Assembly (NCBI GenBank): GCA_951406725.2
Contig: OX597822.1
Coordinates: 62,310,001 to 62,374,000 of the forward strand
Direction of reading: 5' to 3'
DNA: 64,000 nucleotides
Origin: Octopus vulgaris
Lineage: Eukaryota
How positions within the stretch are numbered: the stretch's first letter is position 1; each line of letters opens with the position of its first letter. The translations under genes and the position numbers were made by a program. This document shows, piece by piece, positions 44,081 to 55,477 of this stretch. The notes below the pieces were generated by a model. It was not told the origin of the DNA and searched no databases. It saw only the letters and a program-made list of their open reading frames with translations.

Positions 44081-44570
44081 TCTACATCTATTATGTAAAA
44101 TCCGTTCTGTCGGCCTGTCTGTGTGTGTGTCTTCTCGGATCTCGGGCATCCTCCATCCGATTGCGCTCAAATTCGATATGTAGATACCGACGGTATCAGG
44201 GCGTGTATAAGTCTTGAAAAGATTACAAAAATCGATTCCAGGTGAGAACGCGATTGATAAAGCCGTTTTTGTCCCGCTTTTCTTCCGTCAACCTATACAT
44301 AACTGCACCTTCCATTTTTTGTTGTTTTTGTACTGCTTAAAGGCACGTTTCTTTCCTGCCAAGCTTACTGTTTAAACCATGTTTGTGTTCTCCCAGTCAA
44401 CAGCCTTATCATTACTGGTACTTTAAACTCTTCGGTTGCATATTTGTGTGAATAAAATCGTTTTTCTTTGGAATAGAAAGTCTATCTTTATTTCTTCTTT
44501 TGCTGGTGTCTCAAATTTAAGTTAAATCGGTGTTTCTCAAAGGGGAGGCCTATGGGACGGTCAGACAAGT
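44081..44570 (+). mobile_element. Probable non-autonomous Helitron-like element
   Basis: TCTA...TATGTAAAA...CTGTCTGTGTG...CCGATTGCGCTCAAATTCG resembles Helitron/HINE 5' ends; 3' end unclear (CAGACAAGT instead of CTAGT). Confidence 0.4.
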
Positions 44571-45434
44571 CGTTTTAAGAAAATTTGGTTTAAATGTTTG
44601 ACAATTTCTTTTATTCCTTTACTTGCTTCTCTCACTGGGTAGTAACCATGTCACTGGGTAGTAATCATGTTATGGCACTGCCTTGAAGAGTTTGGTCAAT
44701 GAAACCCACCAAGGTTGTGCCGTAAAACACATATTTAAAAACAAATTCTGATAAATATTCTATCGATACGGTTATTCAAAACTGCAAGTTTACAATGATG
44801 TTAACAAAGCAACAGTAGTCTTAAGCGCCGATACATAAACGCAAGCAGTGACGCGTGGGCGCACGTGCACACACACATCCGATGGGATTCTGCATAGATT
44901 CTGTCTACATAATTCACTGAACCTAAAGACACTTTGTTGCGTTGCGAACTATATAAAAGAAAGAGTTTTTGACGTTTTGAGCAGAGTTCTTTGTCAGAAA
45001 GAAGAGAAGGCAAATTCCAGAGGAGAGGAAATCACCAACAGCATGTGTGTGGTTACATATGTATATACATACTCGCACACACAAGCCGGATGGTCATGAT
45101 TAAGATACATTTGTTCCTAGATCTGTTTAATCAAGTTAAAGTAAGGTCTATAAGTTTTTATATAATACGAAAATGTTGTCACTGCACTGCAGAAAAAAAA
45201 AGCTGATCCCGAAAGAACTGACCCCATTGCAACAAGACATGTTTTTAAATGGCAATTGAAATTCTTTCACTAAAGGGAGAACTTGAATATATGCTCGTCT
45301 GCTTCTTCTACCATAATGTTTTTCCTTTCCTCTATTATTTATTTTTAAGACATCTTCCCGCGAAAATCAGATTAAATAAAATTTGAGATTTTTTTGCGGA
45401 GGGGTAAAAATGGTAACAAAAATTTTCATTGAAG

Positions 45435-45496
45435 TCATGTATCGCCTTGACCTTCGAAACGTGGAGTAGATGAAATTAAGGCGACTGAAGAAGGGG
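45435..45496 (+). ncRNA. Candidate non-circularly permuted hammerhead ribozyme (copy 1); predicted cleavage after GUA at 45441
   Basis: TCATGT-A|TCGCCTTGA-CCTTC-GAAACGTGG-AGTAGATGAAA-TTAAGGCGA-CTGAAGA-AGGGG; stem I 9 bp, stem III 6 bp, stem II G-U rich. Confidence 0.55.
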
Positions 45497-46238
45497 AATT
45501 TTCCTTGTTTTGTATGTCCTGTACTCTATTTTTTCGTTGTTTTAAAAAATGTCCATTTCCTTGGCTTTGTGTTTATGTCTTCGTTTCTCATTGTGTTCGA
45601 CGTTTTTTTGGTGTCCTGTACCCATATATGCATGTATATATACATGTAGAGGTAGGTACGTATATATATGTATGTATATATGCATATGTTTTATTTATTT
45701 ATTAATTTATCATATGACGGAACGCACGCATCCATTTCTAAGTAAGATTGTTCTTAATATTAATAATGACGCGCACTCTTAACCTTTCTCTCCCCTCCCT
45801 TTCTCAGCCTTCATTCTTTTGGCTTTCCTTTTCTTCTACCTTACTGTCTCTCCCTCTCTCTCTCATTCTTCATTCTTTTCTCTACAACCATTCCCTTTTT
45901 TTCTCTCCCTTTCTTTTACTCCTCCTCCTCCCTCCCGTCGCGGTCACGTGATGAGATGGCTATTTCTGTCTTTCTTCTCCTGGCCTCCTTCAAGTAGAGA
46001 CGGTAAAATCTATTGCTCTCTGCTGTTCTCAAACAATAGCGTTCGTAAAATTTTTTCATCTCGTTTGGCTTAACAGCCCTTCTTGTTTGTGTTACTATTA
46101 TTCTCCGTGTCCTGTCTTTTACTGTTTATATTTTGTACTGTCGTTACTGTCCTGTTTTTGTTACCATTTTTACACCTCCTCAAAAAATCTCAAATTTTAT
46201 TTAATTTGATTTTCGCAGGAAGGAAATTTTCATTGAAG

Positions 46239-46300
46239 TCATGTATCGCCTTGACCTTCGAAACGTGGAGTAGATGAAATTAAGGCGACTGAAGAAGGGG
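46239..46300 (+). ncRNA. Candidate non-circularly permuted hammerhead ribozyme (copy 2); predicted cleavage after 46245
   Basis: Identical to 45435-45496, 804 bp downstream. Confidence 0.55.
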
Positions 46301-46469
46301 AATTTTCCTTGTTTTGTATGTCCTGTACTCTATTTTTTCGTTGTTTTAAAAAATGTCCATTTCCTTGGTTTTGTGTTTATGTTTTCGTTACTCATTCTGT
46401 TCGACGTTTTTTTGGTGTCCTGTACCCATATATGCATGTATATATACATGTAGAGGTAGGTACGTATAT

Positions 46470-46697
46470 TCTGCGAGCTGGCAGAAACGTTAGCACGCCG
46501 GGCGAAATGCGTAGCTGTATTTCGTCTGTCGTCACGTTCCGAGTTCAAATTCCGCCGAGGTCGACTTTGCCTTTCATCCTTTCGGGGTCGATAAATTAAG
46601 TACCAGTTACACACTGGGGTCGATATAATCGACTTAATCCGTTCGTCTGTCCTTGTTTGTCCTGTCTGTGTTTAGCCCCTTGTGGGTAGTAAAGAAA
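46470..46697 (+). mobile_element. tRNA-derived SINE family B inserted in the second repeat
   Basis: GAGCTGGCAGAAACGTTAG (A box), GAGTTCAAATTCC (B box), GCCTTTCATCCTTTCGGGGTCGATAAATTAAGTACCAG body; empty site visible at 45655-45675. Confidence 0.92.
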
Positions 46698-46884
46698 TAT
46701 ATATGTATGTATATATGCATATGTTTTATTTTATTTATTAATTTTTATATATATATATATATATATAGGTATATATATATTGATAAAAATGGTAAGACAA
46801 CAAAAGAATGAAAGAGACCTCCATATTATGTAAATAGAGGAATTTATCTGTAAATGTAATATGTGACAATTATTCGGTAGCCAA

Positions 46885-46945
46885 GATAAAACTCCGAGTT
46901 TCGGATGCCGGGGTGGAAATCCACACCGACATCTCTTCAGTTATC
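46885..46945 (-). ncRNA. Type-I hammerhead ribozyme motif (Penelope pLTR type)
   Basis: Minus: GATAA-CTGAAGA-GATGTCGG-TGTGGATTTCCACC-CCGGCATC-C-GAA-ACTC-G-GAGT-T-TTATC; stems I (5 bp), II (8+4 bp), III (4 bp, quasi-palindromic). Confidence 0.65.
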
Positions 46946-46967
46946 CGGCGATTTTTTCCTATGGCCG

Positions 46968-47029
46968 AATAACTGAAGATATGGGCGGCGTGGATTTCCA
47001 TCTCGGCATCCGAAACTCGGAGTTTTATC
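46968..47029 (+). ncRNA. Inverted second copy of the same hammerhead, stem II mutated
   Basis: AATAA-CTGAAGA-TATGGGCGG...TCGGCATC-C-GAAACTCGGAGT-T-TTATC; part of hairpin 46849-47064. Confidence 0.5.
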
Positions 47030-47061
47030 ATGGCTACCGAATAATTGTCACGTATTACATT

Positions 47062-47120
<59 letters not shown>

Positions 47121-47126
<6 letters not shown>

Positions 47127-47280
47127 TTAGAGATAAAACCATTATTAGGCAAATCAAACAGTGAGAAACATAAGCCAATACATAAAATTAATTTTAAAAT
47201 AAATAAATAAAAAATAAAAAAAATAAAAAATTAATAAATAAATAAATTAATAAATAAAATAATATATAAATATAAAAAAT

Positions 47281-47340
<60 letters not shown>

Positions 47341-47566
47341 ATATATATATTTAAAATTTATAAGTTTAAATTATTTAAATAATTTTTTAAATTTTAACTT
47401 TTATATTTTTAAATTAATTTTATGTATTGGCTTATGTTTTTCACTGATTTGCCTAATAGTGGTTTTATCTCTAATTTAATATAATATAATATAATATATT
47501 TATACTATAAAATTGAATTTAATCCTAAATCTAATTTTTCCCTGTAAGTTTGGATTTATTCCCTAA

Positions 47567-47570
<4 letters not shown>
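47121..47570. repeat. AT-rich asymmetric fold-back repeat (family shared with 51795-52195)
   Basis: ATTAAATTAGAGATAAAACC...AAGCCAATACATAAAATTAATTT inverted at ~47410-47480; unique tail TTTTTCCCTGTAAGTTTGGA...CCCTAATATT. Confidence 0.78.
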
Positions 47571-47635
<65 letters not shown>

Positions 47636-47639
<4 letters not shown>

Positions 47640-47898
47640 TAGTTTTATTTTTATTTTTATAGCGTGCTTTCACTTCACTACCGAGCGCAGCTCTGTGTGC
47701 CTTGGGTATGTGCTGTGATTTGTTGTGATGCTCTGATGGTTATTGTATGGAAAGTGTTCTGCGTAGGATGTGTGCAGTGCCTAGTAGTGCAATTTTCTGT
47801 ATGTTATATGTGTTTGTAAGTCCTGGTGTTTTTGTTATGTATTTGTCTGAATATTTTTTTATCATGCCTAATGCACCTACTATGATAGGAATTGTTTC
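47636..47898 (-). mobile_element. Second, shorter 3' end of the R4/Dong-like element, adjoining (TAA)n
   Basis: Near-identical to 1787-2044; (TTA)n at 47568-47636. Confidence 0.92.
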
Positions 47899-48412
47899 CT
47901 GTGTGCGTGTTTGTCTGTGTATGTATGATATTACTGTGAATGATTTTGTATGTCTTTTATTACAGTTGTATTAATGTGAGTGTTGCTGTGTCGTTGCACA
48001 TGTCCTTTATCTCTATATGTATAAATGGGTGTGAAATATATGTAATGCACGCATGCGTTCATTGTTGGTTTCTGCGTGCCGGTTAAGTGTATTCCTGTGC
48101 TCTAGCTATTGCCTACGAGTTGGGTTTGCGTGTTTTGTCATGAATATATTTATAGAATCTTTTATTGAAGAAATATTGAAGGCGTTTATGTGTTTGTACA
48201 TATATTTATGCCCGTGAATACGTGCAGGGGCGGCAAATGTGCTTTTGGGTTTGTGTTGTGTGTGTATATTTTGTTGTGTGCATATTTTGATGCATGTGTG
48301 GAGATGTAAGTATATGTCAGTGTTACATGATGATATGCATGTTGAAGTAAAAGGAGTTAGTGCTTGAACTCAGAAGGAGTGAACGTTTGAAGATGTATAT
48401 CAACACACCCAC

Positions 48413-48459
<47 letters not shown>

Positions 48460-48463
<4 letters not shown>

Positions 48464-48566
48464 CGTGACAACCGTGACCCACCAGGCTATCAGATGTTGC
48501 TACACATCGCTGGTCACAATGCGCTTCGCATTGTTTTTAGCCCCGCTGGCTAAGCGAGCAGGCCAA
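48460..48566 (-). mobile_element. SINE family C tail (type 1), 5'-truncated
   Basis: Reverse complement of 33110-33216 (TTGGCCTGCTCGCTT..CTAAAAACAATGCG..GACCAGCG..GCAACATCTGAT). Confidence 0.8.
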
Positions 48567-49302
48567 GTTCAGCACAAAGAATGGTCTGCACAGATATATA
48601 TATATATATATATATATGTATTGCTGTTTAAGTATCACAATACATATCTTTGGGTGCTACTGGCAGTTCCACGTATCTGAAAATCCAAAACATTTCTTCA
48701 GGTGCAGACCATTCTTTGTGCTGAACTAAGAACATTAAATATGATGTGGGACGTGGGAATTTAAAAGTGATGGTTGTAAGTCGACATTTTTTGAAAGTGC
48801 TAGTCGGAAACAAGGTAAACACAGAACACATGGCTGATACAGCACCTTTTGTGTCATATGCCTATGGAATAACTGAATCTACCTTTACGCTGCACGTTTA
48901 GGTTGAATCTGATTGAAAGCAGCAGTTATAATCACAGGAAATCAGCGAAGGTATGTTATATCTGTTGTAACCAGTCTATAATGCTGTATATAAATCTAAC
49001 TTTGAACATATTTCCTAACGATCATCAACAATCTTTTAAAAATAATTTATATTTTTATCTATTTATATCACGACCAGTTTTTGTCGCATATTACTTAATT
49101 AATAAGGCTACTAAATCATGTGGAACACATTGCACCGAAGATGATAAGAAACAGCGAAGCAATTTAGCTCTAAATATTGAGAAATTAAAAGCTGAAGATG
49201 AATTTAAATATTAAAAAACTAATTATAGAAAAAAAGAAATATGTTTTTAATTACGTCATTAAGATTTAAGAAAAAACATTGTGCAACGCTTCTTTCCATT
49301 GA

Positions 49303-49334
<32 letters not shown>

Positions 49335-50008
49335 AATAGAGAAAAATGTATCAAACTGCTAATAGTAAACCTGCTCTCATTTATATATAGTTTTCTTCTT
49401 ACTTTTCCTTCCTCAGTTTCTACAAGGTTTATTCACATTATTTTGAGTCTAATGTGGCTCAAGTTTCATTTAATTGCATTTCCAGCTAATATATTTCGCT
49501 TATTTAAATTCAATATAAAATGTCACCAAAGATATGTCAAATTCTTATTTATACATCTCCAATAACTAATACGATATGATTGTCTCCCTGAACTGAATTT
49601 ATATTAGGACATAATTTAAATATCTGCTGTGATAATTTTTCTATACCTCTGGTCTTGAACATTCCAATTGAACTGAGGTATGAATAATATTTATGTTTTG
49701 AAAATAGCTCGAGAATATAATAACTTTGCCTGTTTTGCTTTTGTTATTTTTTTCTCTCTCACAAAAATAATTGACTTCCTTACCTTTCTCACTCAAAATT
49801 TCATATACGCACGCGCGCGCATGCAGACGTATTCACACTTTAAAATTGAAGTCTTACAAGACGAACCTCGAGCAAGTAATCAGTTTATTCAATCGTACAC
49901 ACACACACACGCACATACATATGTATATATAAATATATATACATGTATACATATATACACTCACGCATATATATATTTACCTACATACATACGTATTTAT
50001 TTACATGA

Positions 50009-50056
<48 letters not shown>

Positions 50057-50104
50057 GCTTTTATATCTATCTATTTATATATATATATATATTTATATTT
50101 ATAT

Positions 50105-50141
<37 letters not shown>

Positions 50142-50607
50142 TGTATGTATGTATGTATGTATGTGTGTGTGTGTGTGTGTGTATGCATACACAGTCACAC
50201 ACATATATGTATATTTATGTTATATAGAAATTTCGAGAGAATTGAAGTAAATTATAAGTTGAACGTAAAGTAGAATAAGATATAAATAATAGTGTGCAGA
50301 CGCACTCAAGGCTCTTTTTAATGCAACATTCTACACGCTAGCTTTATCTACTTAGTTCTTCTGTAAAAAAACATTTTAATTCAATATATATTTAATACAT
50401 AATATTGTATATCCTATTATGTAATATAATGCAATGCAATAAAACAAAATATGATATAAAGATGTATAACATGTGTATGTAGGTAGGTACATATGTATAT
50501 GCGTGTGTATACATACATACATACATTCATACATACATAATATATACATACATACATATATACATACATACATTCATACATACATACATACATATATACA
50601 TACATAT

Positions 50608-50641
<34 letters not shown>

Positions 50642-51647
50642 ATATATAAATATATAATGCTGTAAAAATGTTACAAATAGGTATATTTATATAGTGCTAT
50701 ACAATTAAATGTGATATTACATACATATAACTATATGTATATATATAAACGCTTATTTATACACATACACACACCTTCACTTATACACACATATATATAT
50801 GTATATCCCTATTTAGTTACCTACCTACCTACCTATCTACCTCAACACTGTCTTTGAAAATGTGGAACGAAAAGAGGGATCTCAATCTTAATGCATGGTG
50901 GCTAAATGAAATGAGAGAACAAAAGAGGATGATAGAATACATACCAGAATTAAAACAATTTCGGAGTCGATGCGGTCGACTAGTCTTACAAGGTGAGAGG
51001 ATCTATCATGGCTATTGTCCAATGACTGACTCGAGTAAAAGAATAAAAGTGTAACGTATGCACAAATTTACACAATCATACATCCGAACATCCAAACACA
51101 TATGGACACGCACACACATAAAAGCATAAATATATCCATAGAAATATGTACATTATAAATGTTAAGTTCCTTCTTTAAAAGCGTATCTTTATGTATCCAT
51201 AAAGAATATGTACATAAAATATGAAGAGTTGTTTTTTTTTCCTTAATGGCTAACATTTATTCTTAGATGAATAGATAATTGAAACTTTAGTAGTATGCTC
51301 CCCATTTAGTTTAGATGCACTGACCTGTTGCAAAATATTAGCAGGTGCTTCACAGATGATGTGTACATAAAAATGATATCAAGTACGAAATCATTCTATG
51401 CGTTGTCATTGAGTACAGTTTAGACAAAACATAGTGGTATTAATACAGACGTAAGAGAATAAAGGGTACGTTGATTACTGTCAGACCCAAAAATATAAAG
51501 TAATGTCATATAAAGCACATATATAGACTTCATATAAAAGGTGTTAGGTTAACACCATGAAGAATCAAGTGAATAAGGTTTCAAAAAAAAAAAGATAGTG
51601 CAAATACTAAAATATAACCATATGTAGCAGGTATATACATACACACA

Positions 51648-52195
<548 letters not shown>

Positions 52196-52217
52196 TATAT
52201 ATACATACATACATACA

Positions 52218-52261
<44 letters not shown>

Positions 52262-52300
52262 GAAAGAAGGTTTGAAAATGCAATTTAAAAGATGTTTATT

Positions 52301-52343
52301 TACTTTACCGGTTTCACTCTTTGGAAAAAGATTGTCAAAAGTA
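52301..52343 (-). ncRNA. Minimal hammerhead-like motif with U3-A8 core variant
   Basis: Minus: TACTT-TTGACAA-TCTTT-TTCC-AAAGA-GT-GAAACCGGT-A-AAGTA; stem I TACTT/AAGTA; base of stem II imperfect. Confidence 0.45.
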
Positions 52344-52592
52344 ACATGTGGAAGTTTGGTTGCGTTAATTATTGGTTGTTGCAAATTGCTACATTACATA
52401 TATATATACAGTCTTTGGTAACAGGGACATATTAAGGACATAAAAAAGTTCAACAAGTTCCTTAAAATATTGGGCCAAAAAGATTACATAAATAATCGTT
52501 CTCAAGGACATACTTAAGATAGTTTCCAGAAGGAATTGATATTGGTACTGTATCTGTATATTCAAACATGCACAGAATATTGTGTCAACCAA

Positions 52593-52645
<53 letters not shown>

Positions 52646-52694
52646 AAACAAGTCAAAAATAGAAAATGCTAAGATAATTTTATAGTGAATCTTT

Positions 52695-52732
52695 CAGTAC
52701 CGGTTTCGGTCATTTTGAGACCTTTTCAACTG
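52695..52732 (-). ncRNA. Minimal Penelope-type hammerhead with U3-A8 compensatory core
   Basis: Minus: CAG-TTGAAAA-GGTC-TCAAAAT-GACC-GAAACCGGT-A-CTG; palindromic stem III ACCGGT, GUA site. Confidence 0.55.
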
Positions 52733-53562
52733 TAACGATTAAATAATTAAATTTAGAAAAATTAGAAGAAAAGTTTTTTTAAAAGGAATATTTCTATAGT
52801 AGTGTTCAGATATAAGTGGCATTCTGCCTTTCTCTGACTCCCTTGTTTGCACTTGTGTGTTCGAGGTCGTTGTGAGTTCTTGGTAGGGTAGGAGAAGCAG
52901 AAGGCTGATGTGGAGAGGGGGTGGGGAAATCTGGGAATGCCTTGATGGTCGTATTTTGAATGGTCAGTGGCGGACAGCAGTCGCAGTTCAATTCAGGAAT
53001 TGTTTATGGAATTTGCGTAGGCGTTATACTGAAAGGCATTAGTGACAAGGTTAAGGGGTAGAAGGTGGAGAAGTAGAAGAAGAAGAAGATGACGATGTTG
53101 ATGATGAGGATGATGAAGAAGAAGAAGACATACACACACTTGGCTATTGAAGAAGAAGACATACACACACTTGGCTATTGAATTGCACTATAATTCTATT
53201 AACAGCAGGAAGAGGAATTTGAAGATTTTCGGCAATTTTTCATTGGCTAAGACCAGCCTCAGATTACCCAGCAATACGACCACTTTGAAAATCTGACAGT
53301 TCTGCTGAATTTTTTGTGCGTGGCATGGTTACCCTTCGCAAATGTTTAATATAATGGCACTTGGAATGAAAAAGAAAAATTGCATTGTAAATTCTACACC
53401 CCTGAGAACGTATTATGTCTGTGCACATATATACATGCAAAATACTCTGTTGATATTATTGAAATTTCAATGAAGGAACCTTGGATCTAGGTTACCAACC
53501 GGCTTTTTCTCTATTGACAAGAAACCTTGCAAAAAGACTGAATGTTGACATACACACACATG

Positions 53563-53861
53563 TTTTCCTTCTCGAGCCATTCCTGGCTCATAAGGGCCGG
53601 TTTCCCGGTTTCCGTGACGTATAGGTTCCCCACCTGGACGGGACGCCGGTCCGTCGCAGGTGAGCTGCAAGATGCAGGAAGAAAGAGTGAGAGAAAGTTG
53701 TGGCGAAGGAGTCAGCAGAAGTCCGCCATTACCTTCTGCTGGAGCCGTGTGGAGCTTAGGTGTTTCGCTCATAAACACACACATTGCCCGGTCTGAGATT
53801 CGAAACCGCGATTCCCCGACCGCGAATCCGCTGCTCTAACCACTAGGCCATGTGCCTCCAC
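53563..53861 (-). mobile_element. tRNA-derived SINE family C (tail type 2), full length
   Basis: TGGCCTAGTGGTTAGAGCAGCGG, GGTTTCGAATCTC, body ACCTGCGACGGACCGGCGTCCCGTCCAGGTGGG; copy at 60796-61036. Confidence 0.9.
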
Positions 53862-53888
53862 ATACACACACACATATGTGTGTGTGTA

Positions 53889-53922
<34 letters not shown>

Positions 53923-53967
53923 CTGAAAGAGAGAGAGAGAAAGAAACAGAGAGAGAGTGAGAGAGGG

Positions 53968-54014
<47 letters not shown>

Positions 54015-55155
54015 CATACTGACAAAGAAGCACAGACAGATTTTTAAAAAAATCTGATTATGTATGCGCCGTGCCTGAAAACAAAGCACCATTGTCCTTT
54101 GATTTTTAGGTCCCCTCAATTCGTGCTTACTTGTTCCTAAACAAGAATAACAACAACAACAAAACTCAGATACTGTTTTCCTTGAATTGAAGGCTGAAGA
54201 AGAAATACTGAGTGTTACTCTAACGTCCGGATGGGTTTAAGAATATGTCGCTATAAAGCTTATAACAACATTACAACACTGCCTCTGAATGGCATTCATA
54301 ACATTTTACGTTGATATAAGATCCATAAACCAAAAGCTTATATTAAATTTCCGTTGCTTTACGCAAAGCAATCCCTGATGGACAGAGCAGTATTCTTAAA
54401 AAGGGGGGAAAGGACATATTACGTTTTCTGTGACTATGTTACGTGAAGTAGCTCCATAAATCTTCAATAAGGATTATATGTTTACGACAGAAATGGTTTC
54501 GTTCATGGCTCTTTTCGATCAGATAACATGCATATGTATGTTCCGTTATCGAAATGTCTAATACATGAAACTATTATGGTTAGGTCTGAAGAAGCGTAGA
54601 AGACAAAATGATTGCGAAAAATAGGAAATGTTAGTACGGTGTAAAATCGAATTTGAAGAGATTGTAGTAATTACACAATAGCGTGTGTGATGACTGGACA
54701 AGGGAAAAAATATTATTTAGATTAGTTTGTGTTGGATAGGGAAAGAGGCTATTGAAACTAAAGCCATGTGAATTTTGATATTGTTGTAGCAGTTGTTGTT
54801 GCTATGTCTTTTCTGCTGAAGGAAGAGAACTTTTTAAGTAATGTTGATAATAGTAATAATATAAAGAAAGCGGAACGTGGGAGAAGAAATCAGGGAATAC
54901 ATATGTGTGTGTGTATGTGTGAGGGCGTGTGTGTATGTGTGTGTGTGAGAGAGAGAGTATGTGTGTGTGTGTGTGTGTATTTGAGCGCGTTTGTATGCGA
55001 ATGTTTGTGTTCGTCTCAAAGATAATATGATGGTTTGAAGAGAAAGTAAAGGAGACGCCAAACACGGAATTTCATTGAAAGGAGGAAAGATTGCTGGAGA
55101 AAACACAGTTGAAGGAAATAACACCCACACATGAATAAATGAACATACGTACATA

Positions 55156-55195
<40 letters not shown>

Positions 55196-55242
55196 GTGTG
55201 TCTGTGTGGGAGCGTAACATATTGTATATTATGTCTTATATT

Positions 55243-55420
55243 GCGGCGAGCTGTCAGAATTGATACCGCGCCGAGTTAAATTATTTTGCGGTATTTCTTC
55301 CGACGTTTTACGTTCTGAATTTAAATGTCATAGAGATCAACTTTGCCTTTCACCTTTCGGGATGAAATAAAATAGATATCTGGTAGTCTCTGGTAACCGT
55401 GTAATTCACTGGTCCCCTTC
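55243..55420 (+). mobile_element. Diverged SINE family B
   Basis: GCGGCGAGCTGTCAGAA...ACGTTCTGAATTTAAAT...ACTTTGCCTTTCACCTTTCGGG. Confidence 0.7.
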
Positions 55421-55477
55421 CCAAAGGCTTAGACATGGCTGTGAAACTAAGAGGCGCGCTTTCTGACCGCGTGGTTT

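Larger units (their letters stand above)
45355..46745 (+). mobile_element. Non-autonomous retrozyme/Penelope-pLTR-like element: inverted 5' piece + ~1.35 tandem units of an 804-bp non-coding monomer
   Basis: 45421-45665 repeated at 46225-46469 (about 4 mismatches), continuing after a SINE at 46698-46745; 45355-45422 is an inverted copy of 46155-46222; no ORF; hammerhead core strands in each repeat. Confidence 0.8.

Noticed and set aside
53060-53181. Acidic-looking GAA/GAT run plus a 31-bp tandem duplication, possible exon
   Set aside because: Trinucleotide low complexity, no supported splice structure or ORF
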